Assembly: GCA_030531215.1 (NCBI GenBank)
Contig: JAUNNY010000004.1
Span: 18,794-82,793 of the forward strand
Reading direction: 5' to 3'
Length of the DNA stretch: 64,000 nt
Origin: Erysipelotrichaceae bacterium
Lineage (GTDB): Bacteria; Bacillota_I; Bacilli_A; Erysipelotrichales; Erysipelotrichaceae
In this document: piece by piece, positions 10,349 to 20,067 of the stretch
Numbering within the stretch: the stretch's first letter is position 1
Layout of the letters: each line of letters opens with the position of its first letter
Notes under the pieces: generated by a model
Databases searched by the model: none
What the model saw: the letters and a program-made list of their open reading frames with translations, nothing else
What the model was told of the DNA's origin: nothing
Program-made: the position numbers and the translations under genes

Positions 10349-11241
10349 TATCGTTTTAACCTCAAATACTTACAAACACTGATATATGATCCTATGAAAC
10401 CAACAAAAATACCAATGCCTACTAATCCTAATGACAAATATAACAAGAACGGATATGAAGGATACAAATTGATAATTCCTAAAATATTACCATTAGATAA
10501 ATTGAATAAATAAACATAAGCCCAAATAATCAAACCAATAGGAATGATGGAACCCATAATTCCTATGATTATTCCTTCAACAAGGAATGGTGCACGAATA
10601 TAACCATTTTTAGCACCAACATTTCTCATAATCCAAATCTCATCTTTTCTTGAAGCGATCGTAATTTTAATAGTGTTATATATCAAATAAATAGCTAGAA
10701 GAACCAAAGCTGAAACTAATATTAAGCCAGCAAATCTAACGCTATGCAAAATATTAACGAACTTGTAAGTGTTACTTCCACCATCTTCTACAGAATCTAT
10801 ACCATTGATACTAGCAATCTTTTCTTTTAGTTCTGAAAGCTTACTGCCATCTTTCGCATATATCATAAATGTGTCGTGGAATGGATTGTCTTCACGATAT
10901 GTTTCTGAGAATTCAATCATCTCAGGATACATTTCATTATAGAAGTCGAACTCTTCATCTTTAGTACGATATTCAACAGTATCAACATTATCTAATTCAG
11001 CAATATTATTCTCAATTATTTTTATTTCACTACTAGAACAATCGTAATCAATAAGCGCAACTAAAGATATTGATTTTTCAACTTCACTAGTCATGTAAGC
11101 CATATTAAACATCAAGACAGCAAAGAAGCCAACCAAAGTTAGCGTAACAGTAACGGCAGAAGCACTAGAAATAGCCATTGAAAAATGACGTCTAATACCT
11201 ACAAAACCTTCTTTAATGTGCTTAAAAAATCTATGAAACAT
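10348..11241 (-). CDS. ftsX: cell division permease-like protein FtsX
   Basis: 297 aa with TM1, a large extracellular loop and 3 TMs. Immediately downstream of ftsE with an 11-nt overlap. Confidence 0.9.
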   Translation of the reverse strand: MFHRFFKHIKEGFVGIRRHFSMAISSASAVTVTLTLVGFFAVLMFNMAYMTSEVEKSISLVALIDYDCSSSEIKIIENNIAELDNVDTVEYRTKDEEFDFYNEMYPEMIEFSETYREDNPFHDTFMIYAKDGSKLSELKEKIASINGIDSVEDGGSNTYKFVNILHSVRFAGLILVSALVLLAIYLIYNTIKITIASRKDEIWIMRNVGAKNGYIRAPFLVEGIIIGIMGSIIPIGLIIWAYVYLFNLSNGNILGIINLYPSYPFLLYLSLGLVGIGIFVGFIGSYISVCKYLRLKR

Positions 11242-11986
11242 CTTTTTTAATTGCTTCCTTTACTTCTTGAACAGGAATCTCTCCTGTGATTTCTTCAACC
11301 TTTATCTCTTTTGAATTATCGGCTTGGCGATCATAAGTTATATGACCAGCTTCAATAGTAATTGTACGTTTTGGATGTTCTTTTACCATAATAGGATTAT
11401 GTGTAACAACCAAGATTGTAGTCTTTTCTTCAAGATTAATTCTCTCCAACATATCAACGATTTCGTTAGTCATCTCAGGATCTAGGTTTCCTGTAGGCTC
11501 ATCCGCAATTAGAATATTAGGCCTTTTAGAAATTGCACGTGCAATGGCAGCTCTTTGTTGTTGCCCGCCAGATAATTCGTTAGGGAATGAATTAGCTTTA
11601 TCCGCTAAATCTACAAGTCTTAATACTTCTCTTGTTCTTCTTCTAATTTTGTCTTTAGGCCAATCTAATACTTCCAAAGCGTAAGCAACATTTTCAAAAA
11701 CAGTCTTATTTGGAAGAAGACGATAATCTTGGAAAACAACACCTATTTTTCTTCTATATAGATATACTTTTGAATTTCTTATCTTACCAACATTAGTCTT
11801 ATTAACGATGACATTCCCTCCAGTAGGAATTTCTTCACCATCTAATAATTTAATTAATGTTGATTTACCAGAACCAGTAGGCCCAATAATATAAACAAAC
11901 TCACCATCATGTATTTGTAGATTCACATCATACAAGGCGTGAGTTCCGTTTTTGTACTTTTTAGAAACATTTTTAAATTCTATCAT
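11231..11986 (-). CDS. ftsE: cell division ATP-binding protein FtsE
   Basis: Walker A GPTGSGKST, signature LSGGQQQR, Walker B ILIADEP. About 25-aa C-terminal tail. Confidence 0.9.
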   Translation of the reverse strand: MIEFKNVSKKYKNGTHALYDVNLQIHDGEFVYIIGPTGSGKSTLIKLLDGEEIPTGGNVIVNKTNVGKIRNSKVYLYRRKIGVVFQDYRLLPNKTVFENVAYALEVLDWPKDKIRRRTREVLRLVDLADKANSFPNELSGGQQQRAAIARAISKRPNILIADEPTGNLDPEMTNEIVDMLERINLEEKTTILVVTHNPIMVKEHPKRTITIEAGHITYDRQADNSKEIKVEEITGEIPVQEVKEAIKKDVS

Positions 11987-12006
11987 ACCTTAAAATTATA
12001 ACATCA

Positions 12007-12858
12007 TTATAGACGTCCCTCAAATGTGAAACCTTCACCGTGAACATCATAAGTTTGCGAAACTATAATGAAAGCAGATTTATCATATTTATTAACTATA
12101 TCAATGACTTTTTGATAATCTTTCTCTGGCACTACACATAAAATGACCTTCTTTGGCTTGTAAGTGTATCCTCCAGAAGCATCAAGTAATGTTGTGCCTC
12201 TATCTACAGTTATATGAATATCGCTTATAATTTCGTCATAGTGATCAGAAATTATTTCTATACGCTTAGAAGCAAGCCTGCCATCATATAAAGACATAAA
12301 TTTTTCAACACCAAAACTATATAAAAAGACACAGATTAATCCAATAAGAACTGGTTCGATACCATATATCCATAAACCACACGAAACTGTCAAAGCATCA
12401 CAAACCATAATCTCTTTAGATACATCAAAATTAAAATATTTTTCTATAATCAGTGGTGGGATATCCATACCACCAGTAGAACCACCATTATGAATACAAA
12501 TCGCAGTTCCAATACCGCCAAGCAAGCCACCATAAATTGCAGCGATTAATGGTTCAACCTCAAAACTAGGAATTATTTTTTCAGCAACAACCAAACATAT
12601 AGGATAAGCTGCAGTAGCAACTACAGTATTAATCGCAAATTCTCTTCCTAAAAACGCCGTTCCTAAAGCAAATAAAAGAATATTCAAAACAACTACTACT
12701 GTTTCTTCACTAATAGGAATAAACGGCTTTAATAATACAGCAATACCTGCAACACCACCCGAAAGAATGTTATATGGAAGGATAAATGATTCAACACCAA
12801 CAGCTAATACAAAGCATCCTAGGATAATACACAAGATATTTTTGATTTTCTTTAACAT
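12007..12858 (-). CDS. YitT family membrane protein (C-terminal DUF2179)
   Basis: 283 aa. Polytopic N-terminal part plus a soluble C-terminal ~80 aa domain, the typical YitT layout. Confidence 0.75.
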   Translation of the reverse strand: MLKKIKNILCIILGCFVLAVGVESFILPYNILSGGVAGIAVLLKPFIPISEETVVVVLNILLFALGTAFLGREFAINTVVATAAYPICLVVAEKIIPSFEVEPLIAAIYGGLLGGIGTAICIHNGGSTGGMDIPPLIIEKYFNFDVSKEIMVCDALTVSCGLWIYGIEPVLIGLICVFLYSFGVEKFMSLYDGRLASKRIEIISDHYDEIISDIHITVDRGTTLLDASGGYTYKPKKVILCVVPEKDYQKVIDIVNKYDKSAFIIVSQTYDVHGEGFTFEGRL

Positions 12859-12907
12859 ATCATTATATTATCACAATATGGTAGAATAACTTAAAGGAGG
12901 TATAAGC

Positions 12908-13231
12908 ATGAAAATTATACTTGCAATAATCTCAGATGACGATACAAAATCTTGCATAACCGCATTAAATAAAGCATCATATCACGTTACACGTTTATCA
13001 ACGACAGGTGGCTTCCTTTCTTCAGGAAACACTACATTGATTATCGGATGTGAAGATGATGAAGTTGACCAAGCAATTAGCATTATAGGTAAAGAATCAC
13101 AAAGAAGAACTGAAGCTATTCCATCTTCTCTATCTTCAGAAATGAACAGTTTTATTTCTTTCCCTATGCAGGTCGAAATAGGCGGTGCAACAATCTTCGT
13201 AATTAATGTTGATCAATTTATCAAACTATAA
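12908..13231 (+). CDS. darA: PII-like cyclic-di-AMP receptor DarA/PstA (DUF970)
   Basis: 107 aa. MKIILAIISDDD...VTRLSTTGGFLSSGNTTLIIG...VEIGGATIFV aligns closely by eye with B. subtilis DarA (YaaQ). AAAGGAGG SD. Confidence 0.85.
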   Translation: MKIILAIISDDDTKSCITALNKASYHVTRLSTTGGFLSSGNTTLIIGCEDDEVDQAISIIGKESQRRTEAIPSSLSSEMNSFISFPMQVEIGGATIFVINVDQFIKL

Positions 13232-13254
13232 GAACTAGAAATAGTTCTTTTTTT
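13231..13254 (+). terminator. terminator after darA
   Basis: AGAACTA-GAAA-TAGTTCT followed by TTTTTT. Confidence 0.75.
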
Positions 13255-13256
13255 AT

Positions 13257-13955
13257 ATGAACAAAGAATATTTTATTAAAGGAATTAAAGATGGTATACC
13301 AATTGGACTAGGCTATTTTGCTGTAGCTTTTTCCTTAGGCATAGCAGCATCTAATGCAGGGCTCACTCCATTTGAAAGCCTTTTATCAGCAATGCTTCTA
13401 CACGCTTCCGCTGGCCAATCTGCCGGCTATACAGCAATCCAAGAACAAATACCTTATTTAGAGATAATCATCGTTACAATCGTCGCGAATGCCCGTTATA
13501 TTTTAATGTCATTTGCCCTAAGCCAAAAAATAAATCCTAAGGAGAGCACACTTCATAGAATGATACTTGGCTATTATTTAACTGATGAATTCTTTGGCCT
13601 AGCAATATCCCAAGAATCATATTGTAATCCGTATTATGTCTTTGGTGCTGCTAGTTTTGCCGGACCATGTTGGTCGCTTGGTATCTTATTTGGAACAATT
13701 ATGGGTAATATTTTGCCAAACAATATTGTTAGTTGTTTATCAGTCGCATTATACGCGATGTTTCTTGCGATATTTATACCACCCGCAAAAAAAGATCGTG
13801 CTGTAGCTTTACTAGTAATTTTAAGTTTTATTTCAAGTTTTGTATTATATAAGTTCGTTAATATTTCAACTAGTACAATAACAATCATTCTTACAATACT
13901 AATATCTTCATTTGGAGCAATACTGTTCCCAAGAGGCATCGAAAATGAAGAATAA
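13257..13955 (+). CDS. azlC: AzlC family branched-chain amino acid exporter subunit
   Basis: 232-aa polytopic ORF with an AzlC-like N-terminus (GIKDGIPIGLGYFAVAFSLG), followed by azlD. Confidence 0.8.
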   Translation: MNKEYFIKGIKDGIPIGLGYFAVAFSLGIAASNAGLTPFESLLSAMLLHASAGQSAGYTAIQEQIPYLEIIIVTIVANARYILMSFALSQKINPKESTLHRMILGYYLTDEFFGLAISQESYCNPYYVFGAASFAGPCWSLGILFGTIMGNILPNNIVSCLSVALYAMFLAIFIPPAKKDRAVALLVILSFISSFVLYKFVNISTSTITIILTILISSFGAILFPRGIENEE

Positions 13956-14247
13956 TTACATATATATTTTTATAATGGCTATCACTCTATATCTAATTAG
14001 AGTTTTACCATTAACCATTATTAGAAAACCAATCAAGAATAAATATATCAAATCATTCTTATACTATATTCCTTATGTAACTTTGGCGGTTATGACGTTC
14101 CCTTCTATTATCTATTCAACAGAATCTACTATCTCTGGAATAATCGCTTTAGTAATAGGTCTAATAGTTTCGTATAGAGGAATGGATTTATTTAAGGTTA
14201 CGGTAATTTGTTGTTTATCAGTATTTATAGTTGAGTTATTCATATGA
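13945..14247 (+). CDS. azlD: AzlD family protein
   Basis: About 100-aa hydrophobic ORF overlapping the azlC stop. ATG 13945 (MKNNYIYIF) is preferred over the track start 13912. Confidence 0.75.
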   Translation: MKNNYIYIFIMAITLYLIRVLPLTIIRKPIKNKYIKSFLYYIPYVTLAVMTFPSIIYSTESTISGIIALVIGLIVSYRGMDLFKVTVICCLSVFIVELFI

Positions 14248-14522
14248 AAAAAAGATATCACATTATATACACAGGTTATGTTCAAGGCGTTGGTTTTAGA
14301 TGGACTCTTATGATGATTGCTAGATCATTAGGAATTGTTGGCTATGCAAAGAATCTATCTAATGGCAATGTTGAAGTTGAAATTGAAGGTGATGAGTATT
14401 CACTTGATGCTTTCAATAAAAAAGTCCTAGAAGAACAGGACGGTTATATTCATATTGAAGATTACGCTATTAAAGAAATACCGATAAAAGAGGACGAGCC
14501 TAGTTTCGGTGTTAAATTTTAA
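14244..14522 (+). CDS. acyP: acylphosphatase
   Basis: 92 aa with the hallmark YTGYVQGVGFRW. Confidence 0.85.
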   Translation: MKKRYHIIYTGYVQGVGFRWTLMMIARSLGIVGYAKNLSNGNVEVEIEGDEYSLDAFNKKVLEEQDGYIHIEDYAIKEIPIKEDEPSFGVKF

Positions 14523-15225
14523 ACTGATACATAACAATAGAACCAGCCATGGCAACATTTAAAGAATCGATATTGACCATGGCTATTTTTACGATTTCAT
14601 CGCATATATCCATAATCTCACTAGTAACTCCACTTCCTTCGTTGCCTAAAACAAAGGCCATTTTTTCTGTTGGCTCGACTTCATATAACTCTAAAGTATT
14701 ATCTCTCAATCCTGTTGCACAAACTTTGTAGCCATCTTGTTGCAAAGCTTTTATTTCATCTTTTAATTCTTTAACACAAATATTAAGTTTATAAATAGCA
14801 CCTTTAGAAGCTTTCAAACATTTTTCATTATAAATATCTGCACTATCATCAGAAATAATAATAGAATCAAATCCAAAGATATAAGCACTTTCCATTATGC
14901 GCCCAACATTCAACGGATCTTGCAGATGATCAAGAATCATTACTCTATTTCCGTATTTAGAGCTTTCTTTTATCTTTGTGCCTACGCCAATATATTTGTA
15001 ACCATCTTGTCTAGCAATTTTATCCATAACCTCTTGAGATACTTCTATACTATTTGCGAAATCAAAAGGTAATTCACCAACATATAATAAAGTTTGAAGA
15101 TAACCACTATCTTTTGCAGCTAAAATTAATGTCTCATCTAATAATAAATATCTATCATCGCGATATTTCTTTTGATGGAGTTTATTAAATTCTTTTACTT
15201 TTTTATTATCTAGTGAGGTAATCAT
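14512..15225 (-). CDS. TrmH/SpoU family RNA 2'-O-methyltransferase
   Basis: 237 aa. SPOUT motifs (DPLNVGRIMESA, VLGNEGSGV, LNVAMAGSIV). Confidence 0.8.
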   Translation of the reverse strand: MITSLDNKKVKEFNKLHQKKYRDDRYLLLDETLILAAKDSGYLQTLLYVGELPFDFANSIEVSQEVMDKIARQDGYKYIGVGTKIKESSKYGNRVMILDHLQDPLNVGRIMESAYIFGFDSIIISDDSADIYNEKCLKASKGAIYKLNICVKELKDEIKALQQDGYKVCATGLRDNTLELYEVEPTEKMAFVLGNEGSGVTSEIMDICDEIVKIAMVNIDSLNVAMAGSIVMYQFKI

Positions 15226-15929
15226 TTTGTTCTTCTTTGTTTATACAACAACGTCACAACAACATCTAATGCTGCACACGCATTCAGTGAATTGCGGAAA
15301 TCAGAACCATACGAAATATATAAATGTTCATCACACATAGCCAATATGTCGCTTGAGATTCCTCTTTTCTCACCGCCTAAAATAAATAACGCATTGTCTT
15401 TAAATGCCTCATCAAAAACATCTTTTGAATCTTCACCACGATATAAACTATATAAATAATAGCCAGCATCTTTATAAGTTTTTAAATCTACTAGAGGATT
15501 TTTACATATTTTGATATTAAGCATATCGTATGCTCCGGCACTTGATTTGAGTAATTGAGCTTCCATCATAGAATAATCTCTATTGGATAAAAGAACATTT
15601 TTAATTCCAAATGCATATAAAGTTCTTAGAGCGTATCCCAAATTAAAAGGATCCTCAATACCATCTAAATAAAAAATATCTCCGTCAACAAATTCATCAG
15701 TAAATCTATTACTTACCTCAGCTAAAATACCACCATGGCTTTTCCCAATAGCTAAGGAACTAATAACATCATCACCAACTTCTTTAAACGGGATATTATT
15801 TATCTTTCCGATTTTTCTAATATAATTGAAATCTTTTGTTTTTTTATTCGCGTTTATATAAACGCAATCAATGTTTCTCTTATGAAAATTAATAGCTGCC
15901 TTAACAGCTATTGCACCTTCGATGATCAT
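15222..15929 (-). CDS. second SpoU-type RNA methyltransferase
   Basis: 235 aa. DPFNLGYALRT, LGGEKRGIS, LNACAALDV. 4-nt overlap with the downstream paralog. Confidence 0.75.
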   Translation of the reverse strand: MIIEGAIAVKAAINFHKRNIDCVYINANKKTKDFNYIRKIGKINNIPFKEVGDDVISSLAIGKSHGGILAEVSNRFTDEFVDGDIFYLDGIEDPFNLGYALRTLYAFGIKNVLLSNRDYSMMEAQLLKSSAGAYDMLNIKICKNPLVDLKTYKDAGYYLYSLYRGEDSKDVFDEAFKDNALFILGGEKRGISSDILAMCDEHLYISYGSDFRNSLNACAALDVVVTLLYKQRRTK

Positions 15930-17134
15930 TGCTTATTAACCTTTCTGATCATATCTCCGTTATGAACAACGAAAGGAATACGTACTAATAATAATTCTGT
16001 AGGTTTATTAGCTGATTCGACATATTGCCATTCAGTGTTGTACATCATTTCATTAACAAAATTATGGTTATCTATTTCTGGACCAAATACTTCTAAAGTG
16101 TCACCAACATTAAAGACATTCTTTACTTCAACTAAAGCTATTGACTTAAGATAATCGTAATCCTTGATGTAGGCAACATAATCGTGAGTTACACCAGCGC
16201 CATTTACGCCATATAGATGCTTAGTATTATCACAACTGCCGGATAAGAAACCGTCATCGCTTGGTCTATTTTCTGCCTTATTTAATTCTGAATCATAATA
16301 TCTTAATCTTTCATAAGGCATTTCACTAGTTTCATATATTTCATCAATCATATTGCGATAAGTTTTTACAACTTGGCCAATATAATATTCAGACTTCATA
16401 CGACCCTCAATTTTTAACGAAGCAACATTTGCTCTAATCAGTTTTTCAACATAGGCACTAGCTCTTAAGTCTTTTGAAGACATCGATAGTAAACAATCAG
16501 GATTACTTATTTCAGTTTCACCTTCATATAAACGATATTTCCAACGACAAGAATGAGCACAGCCACCACGATTAGCATCTCTCAATGTCATTCTATTCGA
16601 AAGAACACATCTACCAGAATAGTTTGAACACATACCACCATGAATGAATACTTCTACAGGAAGTGAACACTTACGTGTAATATCTCTGATTTGATCCATA
16701 CTAGCCTCTCTAGCTAGAACGACTCTATCAGCGCCCCAAGTCTTTAAAACATTAATTGCACTAGAATTATTAGCTGATAATTGTGTTGAAATGTGGCACT
16801 CAAGTCTAGGAGCAACTTTCTTGACAAGTGGAATCAACGAGATATTAGAAATAATTACGGCATCAATACCTATTTCGTTTAATTGGCTTAGATATTCTTT
16901 AATACCTACGAAATCTTCATCATGGAAAACAATATTGACAGTAACATAAACTTTGCAATTATATTGTTTGCCATATTCAACTAACTGTTTTAAATCTCCC
17001 ATTGAAAAATTAGAAGCACGGGAACGTAATGAAAAAGACTTGCCACCTACATAAACGGCATCGGCACCATACATCATCGCAATTTTGGCCTTTGCTAAAT
17101 CTTTAGCAGGCGCTAATAACTCAATCTTATTCAT
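15926..17134 (-). CDS. peptidase U32 family protein (YrrO/TrhP-like, tRNA U34 hydroxylation family)
   Basis: 402 aa. U32 signature region (E..REAS.., GGMC.. Cys cluster CSNYSGRCVLSN...GGCAHSCR). Confidence 0.8.
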   Translation of the reverse strand: MNKIELLAPAKDLAKAKIAMMYGADAVYVGGKSFSLRSRASNFSMGDLKQLVEYGKQYNCKVYVTVNIVFHDEDFVGIKEYLSQLNEIGIDAVIISNISLIPLVKKVAPRLECHISTQLSANNSSAINVLKTWGADRVVLAREASMDQIRDITRKCSLPVEVFIHGGMCSNYSGRCVLSNRMTLRDANRGGCAHSCRWKYRLYEGETEISNPDCLLSMSSKDLRASAYVEKLIRANVASLKIEGRMKSEYYIGQVVKTYRNMIDEIYETSEMPYERLRYYDSELNKAENRPSDDGFLSGSCDNTKHLYGVNGAGVTHDYVAYIKDYDYLKSIALVEVKNVFNVGDTLEVFGPEIDNHNFVNEMMYNTEWQYVESANKPTELLLVRIPFVVHNGDMIRKVNKQ

Positions 17135-17999
17135 CTTTTGTAATGTTTGTCTTCATGTATAAATAACCTGAACTATACTTGTTAGGGAAATTATAATTTA
17201 ATCTTTCTTTTAAGAATAAACAATTATCTTGAGAAACTTTACGATAATCTCTCACAACTTGTAAAACCTCTGCATCATTAATAAACAAGGTATCAATTAT
17301 TCCTCTTTTAGCATAAGATTTAAACATATTTATTTCTTCATACATTTCAAGAATATAATCACTATATACTCTTGTGCCGTTTTCATCTTCAATAACAGGA
17401 AGCTTGTAATCACGAAGTTCTTCTTTTAAAAACAAATCATCTTTTCCAGAAATGTCATATGATTTATTTATTTGTTTTAAATAATTAGAAACAAAACGAC
17501 GTTTAGAATAAGATAATCTTAAATGGCCAAAAATTTGTAAATCTACTTTATTAGGGTTACTAGTAAGGATTGACATTACTTCTTCCTTAGTTAACTCTCT
17601 AGAAATAACAACTCCTTCTAATCCCTTTGATAAATAATAAGCTGACTCTAAAGAATTACATAGAACTGTTTTGCCATCATAAATAAGTTTATTCTTTAAA
17701 CCAAAAGTACTTGCAGCATCATATACTGCTAAATCATGGAAATAGATACCATCCACATCTAAAGTTGAAATAAATTCTAAATAAGAATTAAGTTCAATTA
17801 ATTCATCTTCAGAAATAAAATCATCCATGACAATATATGCTTTTTTATTTACCTTTTGGCAATATCTAACAATCTTAGTTATGTCATCTAGAGAATAATT
17901 AAAACCAACAGTAAACTTATTGCCTACGATGACACCATCTACAGACCCTAATATTTTTTCAATGTTGTGTGTGTTTCTAAGGGTAACTAATAATTCCAT
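17127..17999 (-). CDS. peptidase U32 family protein (YrrN-like partner)
   Basis: 290 aa U32-like ORF, overlapping the larger U32 gene by 8 nt as in the B. subtilis yrrN-yrrO pair. Confidence 0.7.
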   Translation of the reverse strand: MELLVTLRNTHNIEKILGSVDGVIVGNKFTVGFNYSLDDITKIVRYCQKVNKKAYIVMDDFISEDELIELNSYLEFISTLDVDGIYFHDLAVYDAASTFGLKNKLIYDGKTVLCNSLESAYYLSKGLEGVVISRELTKEEVMSILTSNPNKVDLQIFGHLRLSYSKRRFVSNYLKQINKSYDISGKDDLFLKEELRDYKLPVIEDENGTRVYSDYILEMYEEINMFKSYAKRGIIDTLFINDAEVLQVVRDYRKVSQDNCLFLKERLNYNFPNKYSSGYLYMKTNITKDE

Positions 18000-18033
18000 A
18001 TTACTAATATTTTAACTTATTTTTTATCATTTA

Positions 18034-18058
18034 TAAAAAAACCGTACTAAGTACGGTT
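18034..18058 (-). terminator. terminator after typA
   Basis: Minus strand AACCGTACT-T-AGTACGGTT followed by TTTTTTAT. Overlaps the stop codon. Confidence 0.75.
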
Positions 18059-19886
18059 ATTTTGCTTCAGCTTTATTGACTTCACGCATATGTTTGCGAC
18101 GATCTAAATTGGTTAAATATTTCTTTCTTAGACGAATATCACTAGGTGTAATTTCAACAAGTTCATCTTCGTTAATAAATTCTAGAGCTTCTTCTAATGA
18201 GAAAATTCTAGGTGGAACTAACTTCATTGCTTCATCATTACCAGTAGATCTAACTGCTGTCATATGCTTATTAATTGTCGGATTTACTTCGATGTCTTGA
18301 GTCTTGCTAGAAACACCAACTATCATGCCTTCATAAACATCAGTTGCAGGCGAAACAAATAATTGTCCACGATCTTGTAAATTCCACAATGCATAAGTCA
18401 TTGCTTTACCAGTAGCCATAGAGATTAATGCGCCATTTGGACGTTCAGGAATTTCGCCAGAGAATGGTGAATATTCAATGAACTTCCTTACCATAACGCC
18501 TTCACCTTTAGTATCATTTATAAATTCGCTGCGATAACCTAATAATCCTCTAGTTGGCACATGATAAATAACTTTTGTGTATGTTCCTTCATCTTGAATA
18601 TCAATCATTTGGCCTTTACGCAAATTCAGTTTATTGATCACAGAACCTGAGTATTCATTAGGAACCGAGCATACGACTTCTTCTACGGGCTCACATAATT
18701 CATGATCGATAGTTTTAAATATTACTTCAGGTTTAGAAACAGCAACCTCATATCCTTCTCTACGCATATTTTCCAAAAGAATAGAAAGATGTAGTTCGCC
18801 TCTACCAGACACTTTAAAACAATCTGTTGTATCTGTAGATTCAACTTTTAAACCGACATTAACTTCTAATTCCTTCTCTAATCTTTCTTTAATATTTCTA
18901 GAAGTAACATACTTTCCAGATTTTCCTTGGAATGGCGAAGTATTTACCATGAAGTTCATACTTAAAGTTGGTTCTTCAATTTCGATTTGTGGTAATGGAC
19001 TAGGCGCATTAACCGGACAAATTGTGTCACCTATTTCAATATTTTCTATACCAGAAATTAGAACAATATCACCGCATTGTGCTTCTGAAACAGCCGTTCT
19101 CTTTAAACCTTCATAATGATATAGATTTGCAATCTTTCGCGTTTCTGTTTTGCCTAAATTATTACATACACAAATTGATTCGTTTGCTTTAATAACGCCC
19201 GAATATACTCTACCAACACCAATTCTGCCGATATAATCATCATATGCTAAAGCACTAACTTGCATTTGAACTGGTTCATCCATCATATTTGGATAAGCAT
19301 CAACATGTTTAACGATTGTTTCAAACAATGGATTAATATCGCAATTTGTATCATCAGGATTATATCTAACGATGCCATCTCTAGCTATACCATATAGAAT
19401 TGGGAAGTCTAGTTGATCATCATTGGCACTTAAGTCTAAGAATAAATCATATACTTCATCAATTACTTCGTTAATTCTTGCATCCCTTTTATCTATCTTA
19501 TTGATTAACAAGATAGGTCTTAAACCCGCCTCTAATGATTTCTTCAAAACGAAACGTGTTTGAGGCATAGGCCCTTCAGATGAGTCTACTAACAAGATTA
19601 CTGTATCAACAGTTTTGATGATACGCTCAACTTCACTTGAAAAATCAGCATGCCCTGGAGTATCAACTATATTTATCTTGTAATCTTTGTAGTTAATTGA
19701 ACAATTCTTTGAATAAATTGTTATTCCTCTTTCTCTTTCTAGATCATTTGAATCCATAACTTGAGCTACGATTTCTTCATGATCTGAAAAAACATGAGAT
19801 TGTGCTAAAAAAGCATCAACAAGTGTTGATTTTCCAGCATCGACGTGAGCTATAACAGCTACATTTATAATCTTTCTAAATTCCAT
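18057..19886 (-). CDS. typA: translational GTPase TypA/BipA
   Basis: 609 aa. G1 [10 protein letters not shown]3 DTPGHADF, G4 NKIDK. EF-G-like domains without domain IV. Confidence 0.95.
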   Translation of the reverse strand: MEFRKIINVAVIAHVDAGKSTLVDAFLAQSHVFSDHEEIVAQVMDSNDLERERGITIYSKNCSINYKDYKINIVDTPGHADFSSEVERIIKTVDTVILLVDSSEGPMPQTRFVLKKSLEAGLRPILLINKIDKRDARINEVIDEVYDLFLDLSANDDQLDFPILYGIARDGIVRYNPDDTNCDINPLFETIVKHVDAYPNMMDEPVQMQVSALAYDDYIGRIGVGRVYSGVIKANESICVCNNLGKTETRKIANLYHYEGLKRTAVSEAQCGDIVLISGIENIEIGDTICPVNAPSPLPQIEIEEPTLSMNFMVNTSPFQGKSGKYVTSRNIKERLEKELEVNVGLKVESTDTTDCFKVSGRGELHLSILLENMRREGYEVAVSKPEVIFKTIDHELCEPVEEVVCSVPNEYSGSVINKLNLRKGQMIDIQDEGTYTKVIYHVPTRGLLGYRSEFINDTKGEGVMVRKFIEYSPFSGEIPERPNGALISMATGKAMTYALWNLQDRGQLFVSPATDVYEGMIVGVSSKTQDIEVNPTINKHMTAVRSTGNDEAMKLVPPRIFSLEEALEFINEDELVEITPSDIRLRKKYLTNLDRRKHMREVNKAEAK

Positions 19887-19960
19887 ACTTACTTATTCTA
19901 ATCGTAATGAAAAAATGTTTCAAGTAACTTATAACTATTTTCATACTATAATATTTATAC

Positions 19961-20043
19961 GCACTAGTGGCGGAACTGGCAGACGCGTACGATTCAGATT
20001 CGTATGGGATACCGTGCAGGTTCAAATCCTGTCTAGTGCACCA
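19961..20043 (+). tRNA. tRNA-Leu (anticodon CAG), type II with long variable arm, CCA encoded
   Basis: Acceptor GCACTAG/CTAGTGC, anticodon arm TACGA-TTCAGAT-TCGTA, T-loop TTCAAAT, 3' ACCA. Confidence 0.9.
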
Positions 20044-20051
20044 TCACAAAA

Positions 20052-20067
20052 AAGAGCGCTAGCTCTT
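20052..20067. terminator. palindromic bidirectional terminator shared by tRNA-Leu and the convergent CDS
   Basis: AAGAGCGCTAGCTCTT flanked by an A-run and a T-rich tail. Contains the TAG stop of the 20059-21162 gene. Confidence 0.6.
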
